Assembly (NCBI RefSeq): GCF_004310395.1
Contig: NZ_BFAX01000003.1
Span: 91,333 to 115,332 of the forward strand
Direction of reading: 5' to 3'
DNA length: 24,000 nt
Source of the DNA: Methanofervidicoccus abyssi
GTDB lineage: Archaea; AGJL01; Methanococci; Methanococcales; Methanococcaceae
This document shows positions 17,237 to 24,000 of this stretch, piece after piece. The position numbers and the translations under genes were made by a program. Positions within the stretch are counted from its first letter, which is position 1. Every line of letters starts with the position of its first letter. Under the pieces are notes generated by a model. That model was not told the DNA's origin. It saw nothing but the letters and a program-made list of their open reading frames with translations, and did not search any database.

Positions 17237-17596
17237 TCAGTCTTCCTTTAGAATAACAGAAGTTTTCAGTGTTTTATACTTCTTATAAAATACTATGGAT
17301 AGGGCTAACATTACTGCCAACATAGAGGCTTCAATAACTATGTTAGTTAGAACAAGCGCCTGAGGAAGGGGATAAGCCATCTCCTTGGAGAATATCTGGA
17401 ACTCTATAGTAGGGATGTATATAGGGACGTATCCTCCTTCCTTATATCCCATTGCCACCAATGTAAGATTGATGCCGTTACCTATAATTGATAACGCAAT
17501 AACCTTTTTAATTACATTATCTACAAAGAAAAAACCGTACAATCCTAGCACAACCAAGGCTCCAGCAGTTATAAAGGATGCAAGTTGTAGATCCAT
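17237..17596 (-). CDS. MnhC/NuoK-like small membrane subunit, first gene of the Ehb cluster
   Basis: 119 aa with three TM helices. ALVVLGLYGFFFVDNVIKKVIALSIIGNGINLTLVAMGY is typical of MnhC/NuoK-type subunits. AGGTGG lies 4 nt before the ATG, and a 347-bp AT-rich promoter region lies upstream. Confidence 0.7.
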   Translation of the reverse strand: MDLQLASFITAGALVVLGLYGFFFVDNVIKKVIALSIIGNGINLTLVAMGYKEGGYVPIYIPTIEFQIFSKEMAYPLPQALVLTNIVIEASMLAVMLALSIVFYKKYKTLKTSVILKED

Positions 17597-17943
17597 ATTT
17601 CCACCTAAAAGGATTGGGATAAATGAAAAATGTTGTTATCACTAATATATATAATTTGTCATTAATTATAATGATAAATTATATATAAGAAAAATAAAAA
17701 TAATATAAACACCAATCCCATTGAGAAATCCTGATAAAATAAAATAATTAGAAAAATAATTAGATATCAATTATAATTACTATTACGGTAAAAAACAAAA
17801 AATTAATCAATCACTAACTAAATAATGTCCTAATCAATGATAAAAATATTCTTCAAGTTTCAAAGATCTAATATTTTTTATTTTTTATTGATATTTATAT
17901 TAACTTGTTTTTTAGTTTTATAATCGCCTAACTTGGTGAAACC

Positions 17944-18495
17944 TTGGATAATTTAACTGCTCTAAAAGAGCAACTGAAATACTGTAGAAAGTTGGCAGTT
18001 TTAGGTATAGGGAATACCATAAGGGGGGACGACGGTTTAGGTATATTTATTGTAAAGAGTATAGTAAGACATTATACAGATAAATACCCCCAGCAAAACT
18101 TAAATATAAATAAGGAAGTAAATAAAATCTTCGATAAGGTAATACTAATAAACTGTGGAACTGTCCCTGAAAACTTTACAAATGTTTTAAAGGAAGAAAA
18201 ACCTGGTAAAATAGTTTTTATAGATGCTGCAGTAATGGGAGAGAAACCTGGAACTGTGAAGTTGATAGATGTAAGAGATATATACAGAGTAGGGTTTTCA
18301 ACACATACGTTACCACTTAACGTAATTGTTAAATATCTAACGAGATATATAGACAGTGAAATACTTATAGTGGGTATGGAACCTGAGAAGTTAGATTTTG
18401 GAATAGAGAGATTATCAGAGAAAATTTACAAAAAGTGTTTAGAATTTACAGAGATTTTAATAGAGTTAATAGATTCTATTTTAGAAAAATATTAA
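17944..18495 (+). CDS. hycI: [NiFe] hydrogenase maturation endopeptidase (HycI/HyaD family)
   Basis: 183 aa with a TTG start 4 nt after GGTGA. LAVLGIGNTIRGDDGLGIFI is the GxGNxxxxDDGxG protease signature. The later blocks VIFIDAA and GFSTHTLPL fit the family. Confidence 0.8.
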   Translation: MDNLTALKEQLKYCRKLAVLGIGNTIRGDDGLGIFIVKSIVRHYTDKYPQQNLNINKEVNKIFDKVILINCGTVPENFTNVLKEEKPGKIVFIDAAVMGEKPGTVKLIDVRDIYRVGFSTHTLPLNVIVKYLTRYIDSEILIVGMEPEKLDFGIERLSEKIYKKCLEFTEILIELIDSILEKY

Positions 18496-18529
18496 TAATT
18501 ATTATTTTTATTTTAAAAAGGGTGATCTC

Positions 18530-20569
18530 ATGTTCTCCATTAAATTTAAAACTACCGAAGAATTACCTGAACCTTCTTCAAGATTGATAGATCAGATAAT
18601 TGGGCAGGATGAAGCTCTCAATATAGTATTAAGTGCAGTTAAAAATAAGAGGCATGTAATCCTCCTGGGAGATCCTGGAGTAGGTAAATCCATGATAGTT
18701 AAGGCTGTAGGGGAGCTTATTGAAAAATCCCCTTCTGACGATTTTACACCTTACACTATAATAGCAAAACCTAATTTAAAAAATCCTGAGAAGCCTATAG
18801 TAGAGTTAATAGAAGGATCCTACAAAGAAGACATAGAGGACATTAAACCAAAGATGATCAGACAACCTCCAGGTCTCTTAACACTTATGTTAATTATGGT
18901 ATTCTTCACATTACTTACCTCCTACTTAGTTAGAGGGCTCTCCCAGACCTATTTACTTGCAGTAGTAGCTACAACAGCTATTGTATCCTTTGCCCTAGCA
19001 TTTGTAGTGGTATTCTTAGCCATGTTTGGAGCAACAAGGGGAGCCATGTCGAACACCGTTAGTCCATTGGATCTAAAACCTGTAGTGCTCTACGAATGTA
19101 AAAAGAGACCCGTAGTAAGGGCCAGTGCATATAATGTAACGAAATTACTTGGAGACGTTAGACACTGTCCACTAGGTGGCAAACCACCTCTTGGAACACC
19201 TCCACATAAGAGGATAATCCTAGGCGCTATTCATGAGGCCCATAAAGGTATCCTCTACGTAGATGAGATAAAGACCATGCCTCCAGAGGTACAAGACTAC
19301 CTCCTAACTGCACTCCAGGATAAGTGTCTTTCTATAAGTGGTAGGAATCCGAACTCCAGTGGTGCCACTGTAGAAACTAATCCAATACCCTGTGATTTCA
19401 TCCTCATCATGTCTGGAAACATGGACGACATCAATAACTTAAGGGCTCCCCTCTTAGATAGGATAGATTACAAGATTATACTGAAAAACAAGATGGATAA
19501 CACCCAGGAGAACAGAGATAAACTTCTACAGTTTATAGTGCAGGAGATAAAGAACAACAACTTAAACCATATGACTTATGAGGCATGTTGTGAGATAGTA
19601 AGAATAGCCCAATTGTTTGCAGGATCCAGGGATAAATTAACTTTGAGACTTAGAAAACTCTCTAACATCATAAAGATGGCAAACGATATTGCAATGGGCA
19701 AGAGTATTCAGGAAATTGTGGAGGAACTCTCCGGAAGAGAAAATACTACTAAAGAAGAGGAAAAAGAGGGTAAGTTAAAGAGTATTATAGAAGTATTAAA
19801 GATAGGTGAGAGGAATAAAAAGAGGGAAGAGTCTAAGGATAAAGGTGTTACAGCGGCGAAGAAGGTGTACATAGATGTTGAACATATCCGTAAAGTTATA
19901 GAGAGTGGTATATACAGTATGTCAAAGCAGGTTGCTATAGATTACCTCAGGGAGTTTAAGAGATATAAACATATAGTTCCAAATGATACGCCAAAGATAG
20001 GAGTTATATACGGGCTAGCAGTTATAGGTTCAGATGGTATGGGAGATGTAACTAAGATCATCACCCAGATAGTAGACTCCAAAAACCCTGGAACTCACCT
20101 GTTAAATATAAGTGGAGATATTGCAAAACACAGTATTACGCTGGCATCAGCTCTCTCTAAGAAGTACATATCTGAAGGTAAGTTACCACTGAAACCGGAA
20201 AAGGATATCGATCTAAATAGAAAGGAGATATACATTCAATTCAGTCAGTCCTACTCTAAAATAGATGGAGACAGTGCAACCGCTGCAGTATGTCTCAGTA
20301 TTATATCTGCCCTCCTTGAGATACCTTTAAAGCAGGACTTTGCAATAACTGGAAGTTTGGATTTAAACGGTAATATCTTAGCTGTAGGTGGTATTAACGA
20401 GAAGATAAACGCTGCTAGAGAGTATGGATTTAAGAGAGTTATCATTCCAGAGTCAAATATGATTGATGTAATAGACGATAAAGGTATCGAGATTATTCCA
20501 GCTAAGAGGTTAGACGAGATAATACCTTTAGTATTTGAATACGATAATAAAAAATATATAAAACAATAA
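18530..20569 (+). CDS. lon: Archaeal membrane-anchored ATP-dependent Lon protease (LonB)
   Basis: 679 aa. Walker A is LLGDPGVGKSM. Two TM helices are inserted in the AAA+ domain (LLTLMLIMVFFTLLTSYLV; AVVATTAIVSFALAFVVVFLAMF). Walker B is ILYVDEI. The C-terminal protease domain has the catalytic Ser context KIDGDSATAAV and Lys context GGINEKINAA. GGGTGAT lies 3 nt before the ATG. Confidence 0.9.
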   Translation: MFSIKFKTTEELPEPSSRLIDQIIGQDEALNIVLSAVKNKRHVILLGDPGVGKSMIVKAVGELIEKSPSDDFTPYTIIAKPNLKNPEKPIVELIEGSYKEDIEDIKPKMIRQPPGLLTLMLIMVFFTLLTSYLVRGLSQTYLLAVVATTAIVSFALAFVVVFLAMFGATRGAMSNTVSPLDLKPVVLYECKKRPVVRASAYNVTKLLGDVRHCPLGGKPPLGTPPHKRIILGAIHEAHKGILYVDEIKTMPPEVQDYLLTALQDKCLSISGRNPNSSGATVETNPIPCDFILIMSGNMDDINNLRAPLLDRIDYKIILKNKMDNTQENRDKLLQFIVQEIKNNNLNHMTYEACCEIVRIAQLFAGSRDKLTLRLRKLSNIIKMANDIAMGKSIQEIVEELSGRENTTKEEEKEGKLKSIIEVLKIGERNKKREESKDKGVTAAKKVYIDVEHIRKVIESGIYSMSKQVAIDYLREFKRYKHIVPNDTPKIGVIYGLAVIGSDGMGDVTKIITQIVDSKNPGTHLLNISGDIAKHSITLASALSKKYISEGKLPLKPEKDIDLNRKEIYIQFSQSYSKIDGDSATAAVCLSIISALLEIPLKQDFAITGSLDLNGNILAVGGINEKINAAREYGFKRVIIPESNMIDVIDDKGIEIIPAKRLDEIIPLVFEYDNKKYIKQ

Positions 20570-20723
20570 ACAAAACTTTTTAAATTAACAATAGCCATCA
20601 AGAATATCACAAAATAATAAGAATAATAATTAGAACGAGATTTTAATTGTCACTTTTTATTGAGATTTTTCATCGTCGTTGTCTAGATACTGATAGTTGT
20701 TAGATAATCCACTTCTCATAAAC

Positions 20724-20731
20724 TTTATATA
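20724..20731 (+). promoter_or_regulatory. Candidate TATA box for rpl10e
   Basis: TTTATATA is a perfect match to the archaeal TATA consensus. It lies 54-61 nt upstream of the rpl10e ATG, leaving room for a roughly 30-nt leader that contains the GGTGAT SD. Confidence 0.4.
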
Positions 20732-20784
20732 ATAAAACATCTTAAAGAGATTAGACATTTTGTAATAATCGTTATGGTGATAGT

Positions 20785-21309
20785 ATGGGGTTGAGACCAG
20801 GTAAATGTTATAGGGATGTAGATAAACCTGCATATACAAGAAAGGAGTATGTAAGAGGAGTACCTCAGCCTAAGATAGTCCATTTCGTAATGGGCAACCT
20901 AAGTGGAGAGTTTCCCGTAGAGGTGCATTTAGTATCTAAGAACGATGTACAGATAAGACACAATGCATTAGAGGCTGCGAGGGTTGTAGGGAACAAGTAC
21001 ATCCAGAGTAAATGTGGTAGAATGGGATACAGGATGTTGATTAGGGTGTATCCACATCAGATACTTAGGGAAAATAAGATGGCATCTGGAGCTGGGGCAG
21101 ATAGGATCTCCGATGGGATGAGACTTGCATTTGGAAAACCTATTGGCACTGCAGCAAGAGTAAGGAAAGGACAAAAGATTATTACTATATACACCACTCC
21201 AGATAAGATAGATGATGCCAAGGAGGCTCTAAGAAGATGTGCTATGAAGATACCTGCTAAGTGTAGAATCGTTGTAGAGATGAAGGAAGATGTATCTTCT
21301 AAGAAGTAG
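20785..21309 (+). CDS. rpl10e: 50S ribosomal protein L10e (uL16)
   Basis: 174 aa. MGLRPGKCYRDVDKPAYTRKEYVRGVPQPKIVHFVMGN and RMGYRMLIRVYPHQILRENKMASGAGADR are L10e/uL16 hallmarks. GGTGAT lies 3 nt before the ATG. Confidence 0.9.
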   Translation: MGLRPGKCYRDVDKPAYTRKEYVRGVPQPKIVHFVMGNLSGEFPVEVHLVSKNDVQIRHNALEAARVVGNKYIQSKCGRMGYRMLIRVYPHQILRENKMASGAGADRISDGMRLAFGKPIGTAARVRKGQKIITIYTTPDKIDDAKEALRRCAMKIPAKCRIVVEMKEDVSSKK

Positions 21310-21457
21310 ATTTAAAATTCAGAAATAGACTTGTAGATATTTGCTGCCGGTGAAAGGGTTTTTTCCTTCATTACTATTTTAGAAACACTAAAAAAAGCCT
21401 AAATTAAGATTTTTATCTTTCTCATTTACTTTATTTTATCATTTCTTCCTTTATTTT

Positions 21458-21540
21458 TTATCTATATAAGGAAGTAGGAGATAGCATAGAAAACCATATA
21501 GATATTTGCCCTCTTTTAGAGATTATTTTTTCATTATCAT
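21458..21540 (-). pseudogene. Frameshifted, truncated relic of a class-III-signal pilin gene (third family member)
   Basis: The minus strand from 21540 reads ATGATAATGAAAAAATAATCTCTAAAAGAGGGCAAATATCTATATGG.... The intact copy at 22175 reads ATGATACTGAAAAAATTACTATCCAAAAGAGCACAAATATCCATAGAG.... A 1-nt deletion in codon 6 creates TAA. The restored frame would read MIMKK(L)ISKRGQISIWFSMLSPTSLYR*, keeping KRGQIS but losing the +5 Glu and the hydrophobic helix. Its 5' flank shares ATTTTTTCA(T/G)TATCATAAT and a perfect 14-mer ATTTATTCTTCATT with the intact copies. A TATA-like element sits at the same distance (about 51-58 nt). Confidence 0.55.
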
Positions 21541-21950
21541 AATACCTATGCTTTTATTTATTCTTCATTACATAATTGTACTATTCTTGAATATATAAGG
21601 CATTTTTTATCTATTTTTTAGTAAGGAAAGTTTTTTTCCTATCATCATCTTTGTTCTACAGGAGTGAAACTGTATATGTGTAGTAGTTGCGGGTTATCAG
21701 GAAATATAGTATATCCTAAATATTAGGACAAAGAATAATATCAAAATAAAAAACATAAAAGAGATACTGAACAAAATATTTATTCATTGAAATATTTAGG
21801 TTTAACAATATAAAACACAGTAATAAAAGGAAGCTAAAAATAGTTTTCAGAGATTTAAGAGATTTAGAAAACAATATCAAAATTGATAATAATAAATAAT
21901 AAAGTTAATAATAAAGTTATATATAAAAATTAAAAAATTGATTGGTATCT

Positions 21951-22175
21951 TTATCCTCCTAAGATATTAGATATTCTCTCTGTATAATTTTCCGCTATAT
22001 TACTTAAATTACCCGTTACAGCAGTAGCCCTATCTCCTGCATCCTCTGCAGCATTTTCAACATTTGATACATAGAGATACACAGCAATTGTAGCAACTGC
22101 AACAGCGGCTGCAATTAACATACCTATCTCTATGGATATTTGTGCTCTTTTGGATAGTAATTTTTTCAGTATCAT
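21951..22175 (-). CDS. Class III signal peptide (type IV pilin-like) mini-protein, paralogue A
   Basis: 74 aa: MILKKLLSKRA/QISIEIGMLIAAAVAVATIAVYLYV.... It has a short basic leader, a KRA-Q cleavage-type junction, and QISIEIGML, which matches the QxSxExxxL motif I recall for the archaeal class III signal peptide family (DUF361, EppA-processed pilins of Methanococcus). A hydrophobic helix and a short polar tail with NLS and NYT sequons follow. Confidence 0.8.
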   Translation of the reverse strand: MILKKLLSKRAQISIEIGMLIAAAVAVATIAVYLYVSNVENAAEDAGDRATAVTGNLSNIAENYTERISNILGG

Positions 22176-22339
22176 AATCTATCGCCTCTCTATTTATTCT
22201 TCATTGGAATTATATTATCTCCATTATAGTATAAAAATATTACTCTTACTTATTATAGAATCCGCTATTAATATTAAAGATATACTTCTTATATAATAAT
22301 AAAGTTATATATAAAATATTAAAAAATTGATTGGTATCT

Positions 22340-22561
22340 TTATTCTAAGAGATTAGATATTCTATTTACATAATTTTCCACTGTATTACTTAAAGTATTC
22401 GTTACAGTAGTAGTACTATTATTTATATTTTCCGCACTATTTTTAACACTTAATATGTAATAATACGCAGCAATTGCAGCAACTGCAACAGCGGCTGTGA
22501 CTAATATACCTATCTCCATAGATATTTGTGCTCTTTTGGATAGTAATTTTTTCAGTATCAT
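22340..22561 (-). CDS. Class III signal peptide (type IV pilin-like) mini-protein, paralogue B
   Basis: 73 aa: MILKKLLSKRA/QISMEIGILVTAAVAVAAIAAYYYI.... It has the same leader and QxSxExxxL motif as paralogue A. The tail is diverged (SVKNSAENINNSTTTVTNTLSNTVENYVNRISNLLE) and carries NNS/NST sequons. Confidence 0.8.
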   Translation of the reverse strand: MILKKLLSKRAQISMEIGILVTAAVAVAAIAAYYYILSVKNSAENINNSTTTVTNTLSNTVENYVNRISNLLE

Positions 22562-22716
22562 AATCTATTGCCTCTCTATTTATTCTCCTTTAGGACTATA
22601 TTATCTCCATTATAGTATAAAGATATCACCCTTACTTATTATAGAATCCGCTATTAATATTAAAGATATACTTTAATTTATTATTATTAATAAGATAAAA
22701 CAAAAAAGTGAAAGTG

Positions 22717-23799
22717 ATGGTCTGGAATAAGGATAATATCTGGGAGAATAGTATCATTAGAAAGAGGTTAAGTTGGTATTATAAGGTAATGGACAATAAA
22801 ACTCCTGCAAAGTTCATATTATGCAAAAAGATAGAGAGTGAAAATCCTACTAAGTTAGACATCGAAAACCTATGGGATCTTCACAGGAAACTTTCTAAAG
22901 ATTTTGATAAAATATTAAAAGATATCAAAAGTGAGAGAATCCAGATAGAAGACATTCCCACTCCAAGATTCAACTTCTTAGATGTTAAAGTTGAGATAGC
23001 AAAAAATATATTTAAAAGTTGTCACTTCTGTGAGAGGAGGTGTAGGGTAGATAGAAAGAAGATAGAAGGGAATTGTAAAGTAGATGATACTTATGTCCAC
23101 AGTTGGTTCCATCATTATGGAGAAGAATCTCCATTAATACCCAGTGGTACCATATTCTACGGAGGATGTAACTTCCACTGTATATTCTGTCAGAACTACG
23201 ATATAAGTCAGGAGTTTCCTAAAGGTGGAGTTAAGGTAAATGGGAAGAAGTTGGCACTGATACAGAAGGAGTTGAGAGTAGAGGGGGCGAGGAATATAAA
23301 CCACGTAGGGGGAGATCCTATCCCAAATACATACGCTATCCTCGAGAGTTTCAAGTACTTAGATGTAAATGTACCTCAACTTTGGAACAGTAATATGTAC
23401 TGTAGTATAGAAACCATGTCCTTACTCAGGGAGGTAATAGATATCTGGTTACCAGACTTCAAATACGGCAACAACAGATGTGCCGAGAGATTAAGTTTAG
23501 TGGAAAATTACTGGGAGATAACTACTAGAAATATAAAGATAGCCTATAACTCAGGGGATATAATAATTAGACACCTTGTGCTTCCAAATCATATAGAGTG
23601 TTGTTCAAAACCTGTACTTAGATGGATAGCAAGGAATTGTCCAAAGGCCCTGGTGAATATAATGGGGCAGTATAGACCTGAGTACTTAGTCTCTAAGTAT
23701 CCGGAAAAGTGGCCAGATATAGGAAGAACCCCAACCTTTGAGGAGATGGAACATGTATATAGATATGCCGAGAGATTAGAGATACTATATAGGTTTTGA
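22717..23799 (+). CDS. Radical SAM protein of the PflX type (pyruvate formate-lyase activase-related, function unknown)
   Basis: It has the CxxxCxxC radical SAM triad in GGCNFHCIFCQNYDIS and an upstream Cys-rich block CHFCERRCRVDRKKIEGNCKV. Later blocks are NINHVGGDP and IIIRHLVLPNHIECC. The ORF track starts at GTG 22708. ATG 22717 lies 5 nt after AGTGA and is preferred. Confidence 0.75.
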   Translation: MVWNKDNIWENSIIRKRLSWYYKVMDNKTPAKFILCKKIESENPTKLDIENLWDLHRKLSKDFDKILKDIKSERIQIEDIPTPRFNFLDVKVEIAKNIFKSCHFCERRCRVDRKKIEGNCKVDDTYVHSWFHHYGEESPLIPSGTIFYGGCNFHCIFCQNYDISQEFPKGGVKVNGKKLALIQKELRVEGARNINHVGGDPIPNTYAILESFKYLDVNVPQLWNSNMYCSIETMSLLREVIDIWLPDFKYGNNRCAERLSLVENYWEITTRNIKIAYNSGDIIIRHLVLPNHIECCSKPVLRWIARNCPKALVNIMGQYRPEYLVSKYPEKWPDIGRTPTFEEMEHVYRYAERLEILYRF

Positions 23800-24000
23800 A
23801 TCATTAAAAAAATTCCTATTATAAAATAAGAAAAAAATAATTTAATTAAAAAATAATGATAAAAATAAATAACAAATCTAAACAGGATTTTAAAGGAAGG
23901 ACTGGGAAAATAATATTCTAATCCCCCTGATCTTTATCTCAACTGGACATATATTTCTTTTTTCATATGTCATAAGGTTAAAAAATGATAAAAAGTGTCT

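Larger units (their letters stand above)
21907..22673. repeat. Tandem duplication of a complete pilin transcription unit (copy A 21907-22287, copy B 22295-22673)
   Basis: The period is 386-389 bp. Shared 3' flank: AATAATAAAGTTATATATAAAA(A/T)(T/A)TTAAAAAATTGATTGGTATCTTTAT. The first 60 or so coding nt are nearly identical, the leader is shared, and a 43-nt block (22245-22287 and 22631-22673) is 100% identical. Only 7 nt separate the two units. Confidence 0.85.

Noticed and set aside
21661-21726. 16-codon sORF (MCSSCGLSGNIVYPKY) preceded by GGAGTGA 8 nt upstream. I considered it as a Cys-containing RiPP precursor for the radical SAM gene about 1 kb away.
   Set aside because: The nearest upstream TATA-like box (21591-21598) belongs to the minus-strand pilin relic. 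A T7 run (21631-21637) would terminate plus-strand transcripts before the sORF. Two pilin units lie between it and the radical SAM gene, which belongs to the widespread PflX type not known for peptide modification. It could only be revived by ribosome profiling or peptide evidence.
23985-24000. ATG at 23985 after AAGGTTA, possibly the start of the next plus-strand gene.
   Set aside because: Only five codons are visible before the window ends, which is not enough to support a feature.
1-24000. Scan for CRISPR arrays, transposase or integrase genes, toxin-antitoxin pairs, restriction-modification genes or other defence-island content.
   Set aside because: I found no regularly spaced repeat array, no terminal inverted repeats bracketing an ORF, and no recombinase, nuclease or methylase motifs. 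The only repeat families are the pilin units and the weak bioW-flanking repeat.

Overview
AT-rich archaeal chromosome segment that looks like a thermophilic Methanococcales methanogen. Supporting signs are an Ehb-type energy-converting hydrogenase, a CfbC-like NifH homologue, aIF2-alpha/Nop10, L10e, membrane LonB, GC-rich tRNAs in AT-rich spacers, and GGTGAT-like Shine-Dalgarno boxes 3-5 nt before most starts. Left to right: truncated fumarate hydratase beta subunit (-); aIF2-alpha and a 54-aa Nop10 missed by the ORF track (+); an uncharacterised 478-aa coiled-coil protein coupled to cbiB (+); a solitary bioW (-); an Endo IV/xylose-isomerase-like TIM-barrel protein (+); a large RecJ-like DHH nuclease with DnaJ-type zinc-finger, S1 and OB domains (+); six tRNA genes around a palindromic back-to-back promoter; a NifH-like cfbC candidate (+); nine Ehb hydrogenase genes without the [NiFe] large subunit (-); hycI-type maturation protease and lonB (+); rpl10e (+); a small family of class-III-signal (type IV pilin-like) mini-genes (-); a PflX-type radical SAM protein (+). 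The window is mostly core housekeeping. I see no CRISPR array, transposase, integrase or recognisable defence genes. The most unusual part is 21.3-22.7 kb: two complete tandem pilin transcription units, plus at least one frameshifted relic copy in a spacer that looks empty in the ORF track. Other points worth a second look are the unknown protein coupled to cbiB, the RecJ-like domain fusion, the empty ehbN slot, imperfect direct repeats flanking bioW, and the symmetric tRNA promoter. All family assignments come from motif recognition by eye; no searches were run.
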